Assembly (NCBI RefSeq): GCF_000306885.1
Contig: NC_018267.1
Span: forward strand, 660,001 to 692,000
Direction of reading: 5' to 3'
From: Wolbachia endosymbiont of Onchocerca ochengi
GTDB taxonomy: Bacteria; Pseudomonadota; Alphaproteobacteria; Rickettsiales; Anaplasmataceae
Length of the DNA: 32,000 bases
Made by a program: the position numbers and the translations under genes. Below, piece by piece: positions 31,254 through 32,000 of this stretch. Positions within the stretch are counted from its first letter, which is position 1; each line of letters begins with the position of its first letter. The notes beneath the pieces were generated by a model. The model was not told where the DNA came from and ran no database searches. It was given only the letters and a program-made list of their open reading frames with translations.

Positions 31254-32000
<747 letters not shown>

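Overview
This AT-rich window looks like chromosomal DNA from a Wolbachia endosymbiont. The main evidence is a Wolbachia surface protein (wsp) gene on the - strand at about 14844-15554. Low coding density, several multi-kb spacers with decayed coding remnants, and the wsp sequence together fit a reduced, filarial-type lineage, but the exact supergroup is inference. Most recognisable genes are housekeeping: purL, an addB-like gene, purF, a NifU/Nfu-like gene, hisS, an ialB-like gene, rpoH, wsp, a ybaB/ebfC-like gene, dnaX, a GST-like gene, an O-methyltransferase, a DsbA-like gene, a ratA/COQ10-like gene, folC, lysC, tyrS, rsfS, rppH, tatD and mdh. The last runs off the right edge, and a metallophosphoesterase-like gene runs off the left edge. 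An unlisted SRP (4.5S) RNA gene can be recognised upstream of dnaX at about 17718-17797 (-). I found no convincing novel defence, secretion or mobile system and no CRISPR array. The observations most worth a second look are: the ratA/COQ10-like gene split by a +1/-2 frame disruption exactly at an A11 homopolymer, a possible transcriptional-slippage case; decayed ankyrin-repeat remnants at about 8.0-8.9 kb; a compact SRP RNA; degraded palindromic elements; and a few short or Met-less ORFs in the spacers.
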